Below are positions 63,942-64,000 of a DNA stretch of 64,000 bases, piece by piece; positions within the stretch are counted from its first letter, which is position 1; each line of letters begins with the position of its first letter. A program made the position numbers and the translations under genes. Source of the DNA: an uncultured delta proteobacterium (GTDB lineage Bacteria > Desulfobacterota > Binatia > Binatales > Binataceae); NCBI GenBank assembly GCA_963765675.1, contig CAVXXK010000001.1, forward strand, positions 27,485 through 91,484, given 5' to 3'. The notes below the pieces were generated by a model. It did not search any database. It had not been told where the DNA came from and saw nothing but the letters and a program-made list of their open reading frames with translations.

Positions 63942-64000
63942 ATCGCGAATGCCGGTATAATCCGCACCTACAGCCGGCCCCGGTTCGATCCAGCCGTAGG

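Larger units (their letters stand above)
54149..64000. mobile_element. Integrative conjugative/mobilisable element inserted at tRNA-Asn (left end in the window; right end beyond 64000)
   Basis: tRNA-Asn, then int, xis, MobF relaxase, T4CP, TrwA-like, DUF2274, VirB2-like, ImmA and ImmR on one strand. A palindromic motif GCTATGTAGC recurs at 55835-55848, 62090-62105 and 63160-63172. Confidence 0.8.

Noticed and set aside
1-64000. CRISPR arrays, rRNA genes, additional tRNAs
   Set aside because: No regularly spaced short direct repeats, no rRNA-like conserved stretches and no other cloverleaf candidates were seen. Only tRNA-Asn at 54149-54224 was found.

Overview
This is a high-GC (~65%) bacterial chromosomal window with compact coding on both strands. 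The core genome includes the heat-shock genes hrcA, grpE and dnaK (partial), exonuclease VII (xseA/xseB), tlyA, lon, and a heme/siroheme operon (sirC-hemX-hemA-hemC-cobA/hemD-hemB). It also carries several metabolic genes: two crotonases, an amidohydrolase, a sarcosine-oxidase-like flavoenzyme, a GH1 beta-glucosidase, glgA and rnhA. Four accessory features stand out. (1) A ~4.2 kb Rhs island sits between an MFS transporter and a flavoenzyme gene. It holds two 5'-truncated Rhs fragments, each followed by a small AT-rich membrane ORF, and is bracketed by ~169-bp imperfect direct repeats of the MFS 3' end. (2) Three tandem 59-aa paralogous ORFs lie on the minus strand at 29294-29897. They fall below the 60-aa cutoff of the supplied ORF track. 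Each has its own RBS, synonymous third-position differences that indicate purifying selection, and a C-terminal transmembrane anchor. They are divergent from an ICMT/PEMT-family methyltransferase across an AT-rich palindrome-rich region. (3) An integrative conjugative element is inserted at tRNA-Asn(GTT). It carries a tyrosine integrase, an Xis-like HTH protein, a MobF/TrwC relaxase-helicase, a type IV coupling protein, a TrwA-like RHH protein, DUF2274, a VirB2/TrbC-like pilin and an ImmR/ImmA-like module, and it runs off the window end. It also contains a ~95-nt polypyrimidine tract, a C14 homopolymer and a thrice-repeated palindromic motif. (4) A ~180-bp structured dispersed repeat is present in three copies, and a GxxExxY-family gene is flanked by ~45-bp inverted repeats. 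Five otherwise intact genes (glgA, a crotonase, lon, the TrwA-like gene, immA) carry single-base frameshifts. Given that lon is among them, sequencing error is the first suspect. No rRNA genes or CRISPR arrays were found.
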